Shown here piece after piece: positions 38,701 through 50,490 of a stretch of DNA of 64,000 nucleotides. Numbering within the stretch: the first letter of the stretch is position 1; every line of letters starts with the position of its first letter. Position numbers and translations under genes: made by a program. Source of the DNA: Lingula anatina (lineage: Eukaryota; Animalia; Brachiopoda); NCBI GenBank assembly GCA_051362555.1, contig CM120640.1:31515967-31579966 (forward strand), read 5' to 3'. The notes beneath the pieces were generated by a model, which worked only from the letters and a program-made list of their open reading frames with translations, had not been told where the DNA came from and ran no database searches.

Positions 38701-39209
38701 CTTGGCATTGGGGCTCTTTCCCAATGAAATTATCGTTCTATGCAGATCGATCCAACTCTGCGGGGACTCACGTTGAATGCAATCAGTTTAACAGGCGTGT
38801 TAATCTGCTATTCTGAGTGCCTTAAGCGATAGTCCTCGCGGAGTTGGATCGGACTAGGTAGAACGCTGGTTTCATTGGGGTTTCGAGTATACTAATATAT
38901 ACAAAAAATGTGACAACGACGCATGCAACTGAACCATATAAGATAAGTCAGGTGACTTTGTTTAAAGTCACCCATATCTAATTATAAACGAATGATTCAG
39001 TAGAAGGCCCTACCTTTTCCGGTTTCCTTCAACACTTTGATACGTCCTGCTTGTTGCAGTAGACTGCGAGTGTTAGCCACAGTTCGTTCTTTAAATGCTC
39101 TTTCACCGTCTTCATGGATTTGCATATGTTCTTCCTTCAATTGCTTACTGTGAATTCCATTCAAACAGAGAACTGCAAGCAATGCCACTACACCGTACAG
39201 CTGTTTCAT
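35715..39209 (-). CDS. Secreted S8A proteinase K-type subtilase C, 445 aa (more divergent paralog, convergent with B)
   Basis: Minus-strand exons 39209-39014, 38640-38557, 38166-38073, 37839-37713, 36551-35715 total 1338 nt. Signal peptide MKQLYGVVALLAVLCLNGIHS; QYVIRL propeptide; WGLDRVD; IIDTG, HGTHVAG, AAGN, GTSMASP. Intron phases match A and B. Confidence 0.92.
38705..38885. mobile_element. Palindromic MITE-like element in subtilase C intron 1
   Basis: CCCAATGAAA..CGTTCTA..GATCCAACTC.GCG.GGACT ... AGTCCTCGCGGAGTTGGATC..TAGAACG..TTTCATTGGG inverted arms. Confidence 0.6.
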
Positions 39210-40373
39210 TCTTGATGAGGAGACACACAGACGAAGTTAAATCTAAAAATAACACAAAAACAATCAACAATTTGGAAGGGGGTTTTCAGGCACTTAGGTG
39301 TTACCCATAAAGTGCAGTATCAAGTGTGCAGTTACATGTAGTATATACCGGGGATACATGTATTGCGTGATACCATACGTGCGCATGTTAAAAGATACAA
39401 GCAAGAGCTAGGTTAGGAGAATGGATGGATGAAGTAGAAGATGATCCATCGATATATATATACACCCCGTTACCCCTATTTCTATTGCTGGCATAGACAC
39501 GCAACCATCTTTTCTAGAAGCGTATACCTCTGTTATCCTCTGTTCTTCACGAAAGAAATCGAGAGAAGCACAAGCCCCCTCTTCGTTGGTTGTCTATGCA
39601 TGTGACATCTGCAAAAAGGGCATTGCTTGACCACTGTTCACCTTGACCACTTACTTCTATTCGAGCCAGTGCTTTGGATCAGTCCACTGTCCAGGAAAGC
39701 TAGGAAAGTTGACATGGCAAGGTTTTCAGTTTATTTTCAGGTTCAAGTCAGTGAATTGATATTCCTACTTAAAAACACAAGTCACTATCCAATGAATCAC
39801 TAGCTCGTCGTTATTTTTATTAAATAAATACACCCTTTTTACTTATATTTTTCATCGGCGTTTCAGTGGAAGGTCATTATACGTAAACCGCAGTCCTCGC
39901 GCTCTTATGTCCCACCTACATGTGCAACAGATCACCGCCAGGCAGGACCGGTAGGGTAGGGTAAAAAAGTTTCAAGTTGCCCCTTGCACTGACCATTTCA
40001 TTACCTTAGGTTGAAAGGCCAATTACAAAAATGAGAGACTTGCTTTATAAAAAGAGAGAACACGTATTTTTAACCTGTCCACTACTCAAAGCAACAGGTT
40101 CAATGTTCAGGGCATTTTAGGCAATACCCCATCAAGAGAGATATGAAATCAATTAATCTTTAAGCACTTTTTTGGCAGACTTAAAAATGATATACTAATA
40201 TTTGACCGAGCCTCTTCAGAATGTTACTTGAGTGGCAAACGTAGGCCCTACCAAAAGTTTAAATTGTTGATCTCCAAGATCACATGATTTGTGGTTTTCG
40301 TAAATGAATGTTTATATTTCGAGATGGTGTCAGTGTCAGGGTTAATTCTGTAACCCCCCCCCCTCTCTCTCTC

Positions 40374-40404
<31 letters not shown>

Positions 40405-40624
40405 ACACAATCCACAATGGGCCCTATTTATAATTACTACTGATACATTACAGAAATAGCTACTGATCCCGTGATGGGTTGAGCTAACAGCTAAGGTAGA
40501 TATGACTGTGTAAAATTTGATAAGCCACGAGATAACACCCCAACGGAGAGTCCTATCAATTTCAGTTCGAACACATGTACAATAATAAAGCTGCGATATG
40601 CAACATCGTCAGAGTGAAATTAAA

Positions 40625-43600
40625 ATGGAAACCGTTGTACAGGTTTTGATTTTTGCTGCTCTGCTGTGCAGTGTTCGTGGAAAGGGAGCAGGTAAGAATC
40701 CCAGAGACAAGTGTCTATAATGTTATTTTGTATATATTGGTAGACACGCATGTAATAGCGATAGGCCTATTTATTGAGAAAAGGCTGCGCTACGTAGTAA
40801 AAAGCTGCTCTACTGGCTGGTGTAACCGAGACGATCAGTTTTGAACAAGAGCTCAGTTATGTGTAAAAATCTAGTTGAGCCAGGATGACATCAAGTATCG
40901 CGTAATATTTAGTACTTTCACAGAAATTCTTGTCCAGTAACTACTGAACACAACGTTGAGAGAAATACGACTGGGCTTGATAAAGATGAAAACAGTATCT
41001 ATTTGACGAAAGTGATTGGAATTCGCTTTGTGTAATGTCCAATCGCCACGGGAGGTCAAGGTTGATTTCTGTCCCCTTCTTGTGCAATGACGTTATGCAG
41101 GCATTGATCAGTCCACGTTCATTATACATGCAACCATCTGTGTATAAAATGGTGTGAGGTTCTACCTGACAATGGTGGTGGTCTTTATCAGCACTTGACT
41201 TATTTTTAAAACGCCACAATTGGTATAGATTACGACAGCAACATATGTCTGAAAAAGATTACACAATATGTCTCGTCTGTATACAAGCTGGCTAGATATT
41301 TCAGGTATGTGTGGCAACCGCACCAAAATCGCCCTTTTCTAATCGTTCTAGGCAGTTCTACATGTCGCACACCATATCAATGATTGGTACTGGAATGAAT
41401 AAATGAATGAATTAATAAATGCATGAATGAATTAATGAATGAATAAATGAATTAATGGATGACTGGAATGATATATGTGAATGATGCAATGTAGTGAGCA
41501 TAAAAAAGCGAAATATCTGTCCTTACACCTCCGTAGGCTGCTTTGTGAATGCATTTATTTATTCAATTATTTTTTTTAATGATTTATAATACTGATAATT
41601 ATTCCCTTTTTTCAGGCCTATGATAGAGGACTGCATTGGGCGGAAAACCCAAGAAATGAATTACATGTTCATTTTGATTTGACACATTTGTCCTGTCTGT
41701 ATAGGAGGCTAAGTTTATACAGATTTGCTTATCTAAATCGTTACCAAACTGATCCATAAAAAGCGTCCTGTGCTACTTTCTCCCCTGACACTAGTCTAAG
41801 CAATGCAGAATGTCTCTATTCTACAGGTAGTACCGTCTTGCATGCCTTTCAATAACCGTTGCAGGTCAAGACATAATAATAATAATGATAATAATTATAA
41901 TTATTATTATTATAAATAATAAAATAATATTTTTACAGGAGATCTCTGAAATATCTCAGAGGAAATAGTAACCATTTTCGTTACTAAATATGTATGCGTA
42001 TATCCCCCAACAAGTCCTTGAAAAACTTTCTTTTTTCAGTAACGAATAACACACACTACGACTAGGCTGATAATAGTGGTTATAATGGAGAAAAATTTTA
42101 GTTTTATGTTAATCTGCTATGCCTACGGCTTAAAACGGATATGTGAACAAAACTTGGAAATATAGGATGATCCATGCTTAAAAATTAAATCAAAGATGTC
42201 TAGCACGTGTTTTGTTTTCATTCAAACCTAACATAAGTATCGGTTGGATTTGGTATGCGTTAGTTTTTGAAACGGTGTAGTAAGGTGTGCTCTTACCTAA
42301 TATTGTCGGACTATATTGAAGGAATGAAACGGGGGAGGAGTAGAACAAGCCCTTTTGCACCTAGAAAATATTTAGAAAGTAGCAATGCTATTAGGTTCAA
42401 GGTATCGGTATATACATTATACGTTTATTGAGTACAGTTTTGTCAGACTTATCCCCGTTCTGACTTCAGCAGGCCGAGAGAGAAGAAGAAATGTAAAAGG
42501 TCGTTGAACACTTCACCTACACTGATTTCAGTCAGAGGATAAAAGCGAAACAGATTAATGCTATTTGCCAGGATGATATTGGCTTTTCCCATAATAATTC
42601 AGTCTTCATACAATATGTGGGGTGTTGTGATTACTTATCATCTTGACCAGGAAGTTAAAGACACTGCTCTGTGGTTTTGCTGTCGTCGAGTTGGAGGCGA
42701 TATGGAACGTTTATTATATGAATTATAGTGTTTGTTTAGCTTCCAACCTTTATATATATAATTTTTTCTTCTCTGTTTCTGATATATATGTATAAAGAAC
42801 GGTGACTTGTAGGCCCATTAGGCCTGGTGATGTACTCATATCATATGTCACGTTAATCAGGGGCGGATTTAGGCCGTCTTCTGGGTCTTCCAGAAGACGG
42901 TCAGATTTTCAAGTTCACATTGACGGGTATCCAATTTTTAATGTTGGAAGACGGTCAAAATTGGAGGATGAATCAACAAAGATAATTTGGAAGACTGTCA
43001 GTATATAGCTCTGGATCCGCCCCTGTTAATAAATAAATAAATACTATTGCTGGACTGGCGAAACGCAGCAGAAATGCCTGCCGTGCCATATTCTAACAAT
43101 CTCTCCCTCTCTCAATAGTAAGACAGCTTCTCTCTAAGTTTTGATTTTAACCAACAATTTGAATTTTTTTTCTTTTCGATTACAGAATGGAACTATGGAA
43201 GTGGACCTCATGGTTGGTAATAACTTTGGCACATTTAAATCTCTATTTGTTTGATAAGTTTGATGTTACTATCCAAATATCAGGAACATAATATTTTGGG
43301 TAATTCCACAAAAAATGAACATTCGAGTGGATTGAAGGAAAGAAACGTCAGTGACGCACACATTTTGTATAATTTTTAACTTGTCCTATTGTTTTGCAGT
43401 TAACACTCTAATAACCTCGAATACCGAAATCAAACAGTAAATCAACAGTGAATAAAACGTTATATAAAACAATTGATTTTTGACAAAATGTGTGCGCTAC
43501 TGACACAATTCAAATGTTTACTTTTTCACGGAAGGACCCTCAACTGTGCCTCTCAACAAATTTTATCAAAGATTAATCGTTCGGTTGTCTCTCTTCAGAA

Positions 43601-46600
43601 TTTCCACTTGTTAAAATTATGTTGCTGTTGTGCATTTTAAAGAATTAAAATGCGAACACTATTACAGTAAACACTGAAACCACACCTTTATAACAATTTT
43701 CGACTGCAAAACGCCGTGCTGTAGCACAACCGTGTTGATACTTATTAAAGTTTCTTTTGATGCTAACCATAAGGTCCCGCACACTGGAAGGACCAATCAG
43801 GATATGCGGCCTGCGGAGGGAGCCACCAGTCTCCAATTCACATCAAAACAGAAGACGTGAAAGAAGACAAGGATTTAGATAACATAGCTTTTTCGGGATA
43901 CGATCAAACTAACGGGCTATGGACGCTTAAAAACAACGGGCACTCAGGTAACAAAGATCACTTTGTTTGTAAACAGTTATCACGCACAGTTAAAAAATAT
44001 CAAATTATAAATAAAATTTAATTGTCCCTAGTTGTATGCTACTTTTTGAATGTTAGTTCACTTGAATTCTGTAGCTTTTACAAATAAGTAAAGGATTGGT
44101 TAAACGAATAAATACATGGGTAGAAATACCCCCCCCCCCGTACTTCCATAGACTCTAAAATCATTACTCCATGTAGCAACGCACACTGTATTATGGAGTT
44201 GGAAGTAATTTGCATACATTGGAATATTGCAGTTCCTCTTTTCCCTAAACGTTTCAAAATTTTAGTACAGTGATATTTTGATTATCATATCACTGCAAAA
44301 CATAGGGTCTGGTGCTCAACCAGTAGTGTATACCCGTTTCGGTGATATAATAATAATTTGTAGTGTGGGGGCGTTGACCTACAGGCCTACGTACACGTAT
44401 ACATGTATTTTACGCGGTACATGTACAACATTGGTCAAAAAGGTTGTCCCACCCCCATTTCCATGTATTTGTATTTACAAATGATCACCTTACAGGTGTA
44501 TATTGTTATAAACGGTGCTTTTTATTCTAGATACCATGTCTAATATGATTAATGGTTAAAAAAATACAAAATAGTGGTGTGAATATGCACATTTTATACC
44601 ATTTAGTCAAATTTATAACAAATTTGAAACGATATCATTTGATATTGCTCTAAGTAACACTGTCTGAAACTATATGTTAGCATTTGGTTGGCTATTGTGA
44701 CACAAATTGACTTCAAATGAATCTTTAATACAGCGTGTCTAGTGCGCTTTGGTACTCCACGCTGTATGCTTATTACCAATAAACTCTCACTGTTTCCATT
44801 CTTGGTGGTGGGTTATTTATGTGCTATGGGCAACAAAAACCTTTTTATGAGTAGTAGCTGGTGTGATGCACTTAGCCTGACATCCCTTAGTTCTGTAAAC
44901 TATTTTATTTGGTACAATTCAGACCAAAATTATCAAAGTGTAACTCCAGATTGTAGGCGTTTAAATGCCCAAAATACAAAATATGCTGTGGAAAATAATG
45001 CTGTTGAATAAATGTGAAACGTTATAGGGCCTAAAGATAAAGGCTATTCACACTGAATTTAATATAAAGGTGATGTACATGTTATGTTTGAAATTCATTT
45101 CAGTTCAAGTGGAAATAGGCCCCGGAAACTATTCCATTAGCAGCAAGGCTTTTAGCAAGCCGTACAAACTGGTGCAGTTCCACATGCATTGGGGGAATTC
45201 GAGTAGCAAAGGTTCTGAACACTTCATCGACGGGGAACAGTATCCACTAGAGGTGTGTACATACCATACATATATATAAGATTTAGTCTGCCCTCACCAA
45301 CAATCTCCATAATTGTTTATGGTGTACACCATATAAACACTACCCTGTGATATATCTACGAAACCTTCTCGGAGTATACGGTACCTACTGTATGCTCAAT
45401 AGTGCTTAGCCTTTTTTAATGTTCGCTTTCTGCTTGACAGATGCACTTTGTTCATTACTCGACGAAGTATGCCGACTTCAACACGGCGCAAAATAAATCT
45501 GACGGCCTGGCTGTTTTAGGACTACTTTTTTCAGTAAGTATGGGTTACTTTCACTATGCAGTGTTTAGCGAAAAATTAAGGCATTTGGTTATTGAAATAA
45601 ACATGTGTATAAAAAAAATTCAGTTGATATGTAAGACGTCTATTTTACCACGGTTTTCATTCTCAACAGTAAAAATACGATTGGCGCCGCAGCTTTTAAG
45701 GCGAAAAAAAAAACTGCGATGCATGAGTTTAGGTAATTACCAGTTGTCCGGAACCGCGCAAAATTTAGCTATGAAACAAATTTAGAAATAGGCTCGAAAT
45801 ACGGACACCGTTAAATACTTTTAGTTCGGATAACGCGTTAATATTACCTTCCAAGTTCGTGGTCAAAATAGTTACGTGTAAATCGCTATGAGGAAATCCA
45901 ACTCTGACAACAATAACCAGTTTCAACCATTTAATGTTCACTCGTCGCTTGCTTTGGTACATTCTGAAGATATGTTGAAAATTACACCCTTTAGTATCTA
46001 ACCAAGACAATGGCTCCATGAACTTCCTTATCAATGGCTTCTAAATCAGAATAGTCAACAAGCCTACTCTGCCTCTTTAGATTTTACATAACGTATTATA
46101 AAGGGTTACAGACTACAGCAAAAAGTTATTACGTGAAGTTACCGAAATTGTCTGTGAATTATTTGATGTCTCCGGCACAGTATAAATTGTTCGACAACCA
46201 CATGATGTAGCCAGCTAAACTATAGGAATTCATTATTGCTACAATTGCAGTAGGTGAGATTGCAAGTGTAATTGCGCCAGTTCTGATTGCAGGTGCAGTC
46301 TGAAGACAACGCGAATCTAAAACCTATTTTGGATCTTCTTCCAAACATCACTGAATCAGGTGTGTAGAGTATTACTTTGTAATCGCAGGTTACTAAATCA
46401 GTTATGAACAAATGCAATTATACAAAGATCGAGGTGTATATTTTTTACTTGCTCATATACAGGCCTACCAACATCTGGTATCATTTACCGGTAGACAGGG
46501 TAATAATAATAATATTTATTTAAAGTCTTAAATTCGGACTTTAGAACGTAAATATATAATATATAGGCCTATATAAGGCTCGATAAAGAAAAGGAGGTTT

Positions 46601-47299
46601 TGATTACAAAAAATTGATTTAAATAATGTAGAGTTAAAATTGTTAGTTCACCAAGTCTTTAAAAATTCCTAATAATTCCGGAATCAACATTAAATCCAGT
46701 TTGCTTATAAATATATATATTTTTAATTTGGCAACAGGTACCAGTGTTAGTTGTCCAGTTGTCCCGTTATCGAACCTGTTACCCAGTAATAAAACATACT
46801 ACCGCTACAGTGGCAGCTTGACCACCCCGGCCTGCTACGAGTCCATTTTATGGTCTGTGTTTCCAGAAACGGTGGGAATTTCAGAATCGCAGGTAAATTA
46901 GTACATTAGGTGTGATTGGTACAACTAACAAGTTTAAAATGCGTTTTATCATATAGATCAGTTCTTAACCCCATTGCAGTAAATGGTACTGATAAGGATA
47001 CCCTTTGTTTATACATGTACCTTCACTGACTGAAAAGTAATATTTTAATTGTATCATAGATAGCCATCCATGCCCTGCATTTTTCTAAACAATTTCAGCT
47101 CGATCAGCTGCGTAAAAATCCGTACTTCGAAGGAACGTCCAAAGAGCGCATGGTGGATAATTTTCGTCCTCTCCAAAAACTTAACGAGCGCGTTGTGTCC
47201 AAGATGGTTGTAAGCGTAAACGATGGGCAGTCCATCTATTCTGTGACCAGTTATGTTCTTCTTATGTCTCTTGCTGGACTCACACTTCTGCTGGAATAA
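40625..47299 (+). CDS. Secreted alpha-carbonic anhydrase with C-terminal hydrophobic (GPI-type) tail, 310 aa
   Basis: Exons 40625-40691, 43186-43212, 43774-43947, 45104-45252, 45441-45533, 46293-46359, 46738-46892, 47099-47299 total 933 nt. Motifs: WNY, GPAHW, CGGSHQSPI, NNGHS, QFHMHWG, GSEH, EMHFVH (three Zn-binding His), YRYSGSLTTPAC, DNFRPLQ. Tail ...NDGQSIYSVTSYVLLMSLAGLTLLLE*. Confidence 0.92.
41394..41470. repeat. Degenerate (GAAT/AAAT)n microsatellite
   Basis: Direct reading. Confidence 0.75.
42858..43025. mobile_element. Family A non-autonomous transposon, copy 3
   Basis: CAGGGGCGGAT...ATCCGCCCCTG, TSD TTAAT. Confidence 0.85.
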
Positions 47300-49297
47300 T
47301 GTGCGTCACAGCACTTTTTTGTTGAGGCTAGGTGACTAGTTATGCAAACACGACGTAAGCCGTTATATTATAAAATGGCCGAGGTGGCAAGCGCATCTGC
47401 TTATCAACTGAGAGTGTTATTTACACATCGATACCTGCAAAATGAGGACTATTAATTTGCTGTTGAAAATGCTCTCCTGAATTGACTAATTTTATATTTA
47501 ACAACTTGATGATACAATTGGAAAGGGTAAGAAAAGGATAATGTGCTGAAAACAAAAATAAATATCGAAAAGATTTTTGTTGGACTCAGTCTTATGACTC
47601 TAATTCTTTTTCTTTTTCACACAAACACGACCTTTCTTTTATGATAATGTATACGGATATGTTGGACTAAGAATAAATACGAAGTAATATTGCGCTGGGT
47701 GTTTCTCTACATAAAGACATACACCCTGTATTACGATGTGAGATCTTCAAGTTACACTAGAAATTCGTATTGTAACTATAAATAACATAACAGTTCTTGA
47801 TTTACTACGTTCTGTCTTGTAAGTGCTTGGGTAATTCCAAAATGTTTAGATGAAATCAATGGAATGTGACCCTTCTGTATATTAACTGACACAATTCCCT
47901 ACTACATTGAATGTGTTTGCTACTACTTTGTATGAGTGGGTTAAAAACCAGCGTCTTCTGCATATATTTCTTTTGTGAGCCAATTTGCATTGGAAGTCCA
48001 TTCCATGTGAAATGTATGCATTAAATGACTGTTAGCATGCACACAGGTAACCTTCATGCCCCGTTATTTAGGACTGATATGTTTTCATGTAAAATGGAAG
48101 CCATGGAACGAAATACAGATGACTTAAAGCGTCCAAATTAAGATTACTTGTTGAAGCGGTCGTCACTGCAGGATAAATAGTAGTTCAACAACAGTAAGTA
48201 GGTATGCTGATGTTATTGGAAATAACACGTTCTTACATTGTTGCAACATGACTCTCTAAAACTGTAAAGACTCATGACTCTCTAAAGACTCTCATAAACT
48301 CTCTAATACTTGTTTATAACGTTTTAGCTGCGGGAATTGAAATATATTAATTGACATTGGACGTAAGATCGTCAATGTAAAATGTGCGTGAATTTTAATT
48401 TAAAAAAAATGAGCCACTGCATTTTAAAATTCCACAAAAATCCACATACCTGAGGCAAGAGTTAAGATAATAAGCTTGTTTTACTGACTTAAGCATTTTT
48501 AAGACTACCTATTTGGATTTTTCAATATTAGCAACGTGTATATTTGATATAATTTTCAGTGTATTCTTCAATCAATCAATCAATCAGTCAATGATATCGA
48601 CCGCAGTTAATCATCAACATCATCATGATGAGATTGATTTCTTGGCTGATTTACCCCACGAGCGCCAATCTCTCGTGAAGTGTTAGTGGACGGCCGTTGG
48701 CTCTATCTAACGAGCTCATCCGCCCGAAGAGAGATGGATTTTATTTTTCGTTTCATTAGAGTGTCCAGCCTACCTCCAAACCTTCCTCCTTCCATCTTCC
48801 TTTCTTAGAATATATAAACAAGTCATAAAAACTGGAAACAAAGTGCTACTTCACCCTGCTTGTTGCTGCAGATAAAACAGTAGAAAATGGTTTACTATGT
48901 GACCTATGATAACTGAATGATTATAATGTTCTTATTCATCCACTTAGTACCACCCTTAACGCAGGTCAATGTAACTAGAACTCTTATATATTGGAAACCC
49001 ATCCACTTTTTCACTTATTCTAAAGCAAATGATGATTAAATCGCACACGAATTTATTGCAAAAGTGTTTGTGCTTATTACTAAATAAATTGTGAGGCATA
49101 TCTCCCTAAGTCCAGCAATGTCGTAACCTGTGATGTGATTATTGTCTTATTGGCGGGATTTTCATTTTATCGAATCTTTCTATTTTATTTTGTCCGACCA
49201 ACGATTCACTGCGTCAAATTGGGGACAAAAGAAATGCTTCAAACATTCACTCACCTAAGCCAACTGAACAGGAAGAGAGTGACCTTGAGAATAAATT

Positions 49298-49464
49298 CAG
49301 GCCCGTAGCCAGGGGGGTTCGGGGGGTTCGAAAGAACCGCCCCTTTTGTCAGGAAAAGGTCCATTTTGGGTAAAATTTGATCTAGGTACACATAAGTTGC
49401 ATTGTAAAAGGTCCACTTTTTCAGAAAAAGAACCCCCCTTTTGAATTTGCTGGCTGCGGGCCTG
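49298..49464. mobile_element. Family B non-autonomous transposon, copy 2 (inverted relative to 16116-16269)
   Basis: CAGGCCCGTAGCCAG ... CTGGCTGCGGGCCTG; internal sequence is the reverse complement of copy 1; TSD not clean. Confidence 0.75.
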
Positions 49465-50490
49465 ATACTCATAAGGCATTTTGAGTCGGAAATCAAAAGC
49501 ATCTCTTATGTGACTCCTTTAAATGATAAAAAATAAAATTTGCGAAATGATTGCATAATAAATAACATCAAAAATGCTTCTGTGGCGTAACGGAATTATG
49601 TATAATATCAAATGCACATAAAATTCATAGGAAACACACTGGTGCTCAAAAATTGCATCATTAATGTTTCTTCATTTAAAGATTTTTTCTTTTGCACATC
49701 TTTTATTATTCAAAGTAACAATTCTTATCGTTAACTGAAATCTTTAAGTGGCGGGTTTAATAAAATATACAATTACTGCCCTGAAAAGCAATATTATCCT
49801 GTAATGTTGAAATTTCACTAAGCTGCGATACTGAAATATAACAAACCTCTCTTGCCTCTGCGGAAAAAAATTGCTTGTATCTCTTAAATGAGACCAACAA
49901 TTAGTAGCTGTTTTCCATTTGGAGTTGAATGATCAATCAAGTCGAATTGATTTCTTATGCTAGTAACAAACGCGACATGGCAACTTACTCAGGAAAGGTT
50001 AACTTTTATAGGCGCAGTTATCAGGGGCATAAAATTCGACACGCAACAAAAGTTTTCGAATTAAACAGCCATAAATATCTCTCATCACCTTTAACTGCCA
50101 ACGGTTTATAGGACACATGCTATTCTAATTAGACATTTTAAAGTCGAATCTATTATAAAGAAAAGAATGATAATGAAACAGATATATTAAAAGAATATTA
50201 TTCAGTTACCTTACTTCTTGACGTTTACTATATATGTATGTCGCAGGCCAAATTGAAATCTAAGCAGATTAAAAATCAGGTTAAAATCCACAGTCACAGA
50301 CAATTTAAAATTATAAATAGATTAATCACATTCCCAGTAAAGCCATTTTTGCTATTACAATTTATGTTAATCAAAGATAGAATATTAGAAAGAATTTGTT
50401 TTTGTTGGTGTTTGAAAAGTGATTTTCACTCACTTTATAAAAGTTAACATCAAGTATTTGAGTGCTTTTACTTAACAGACGGAATTCAGC

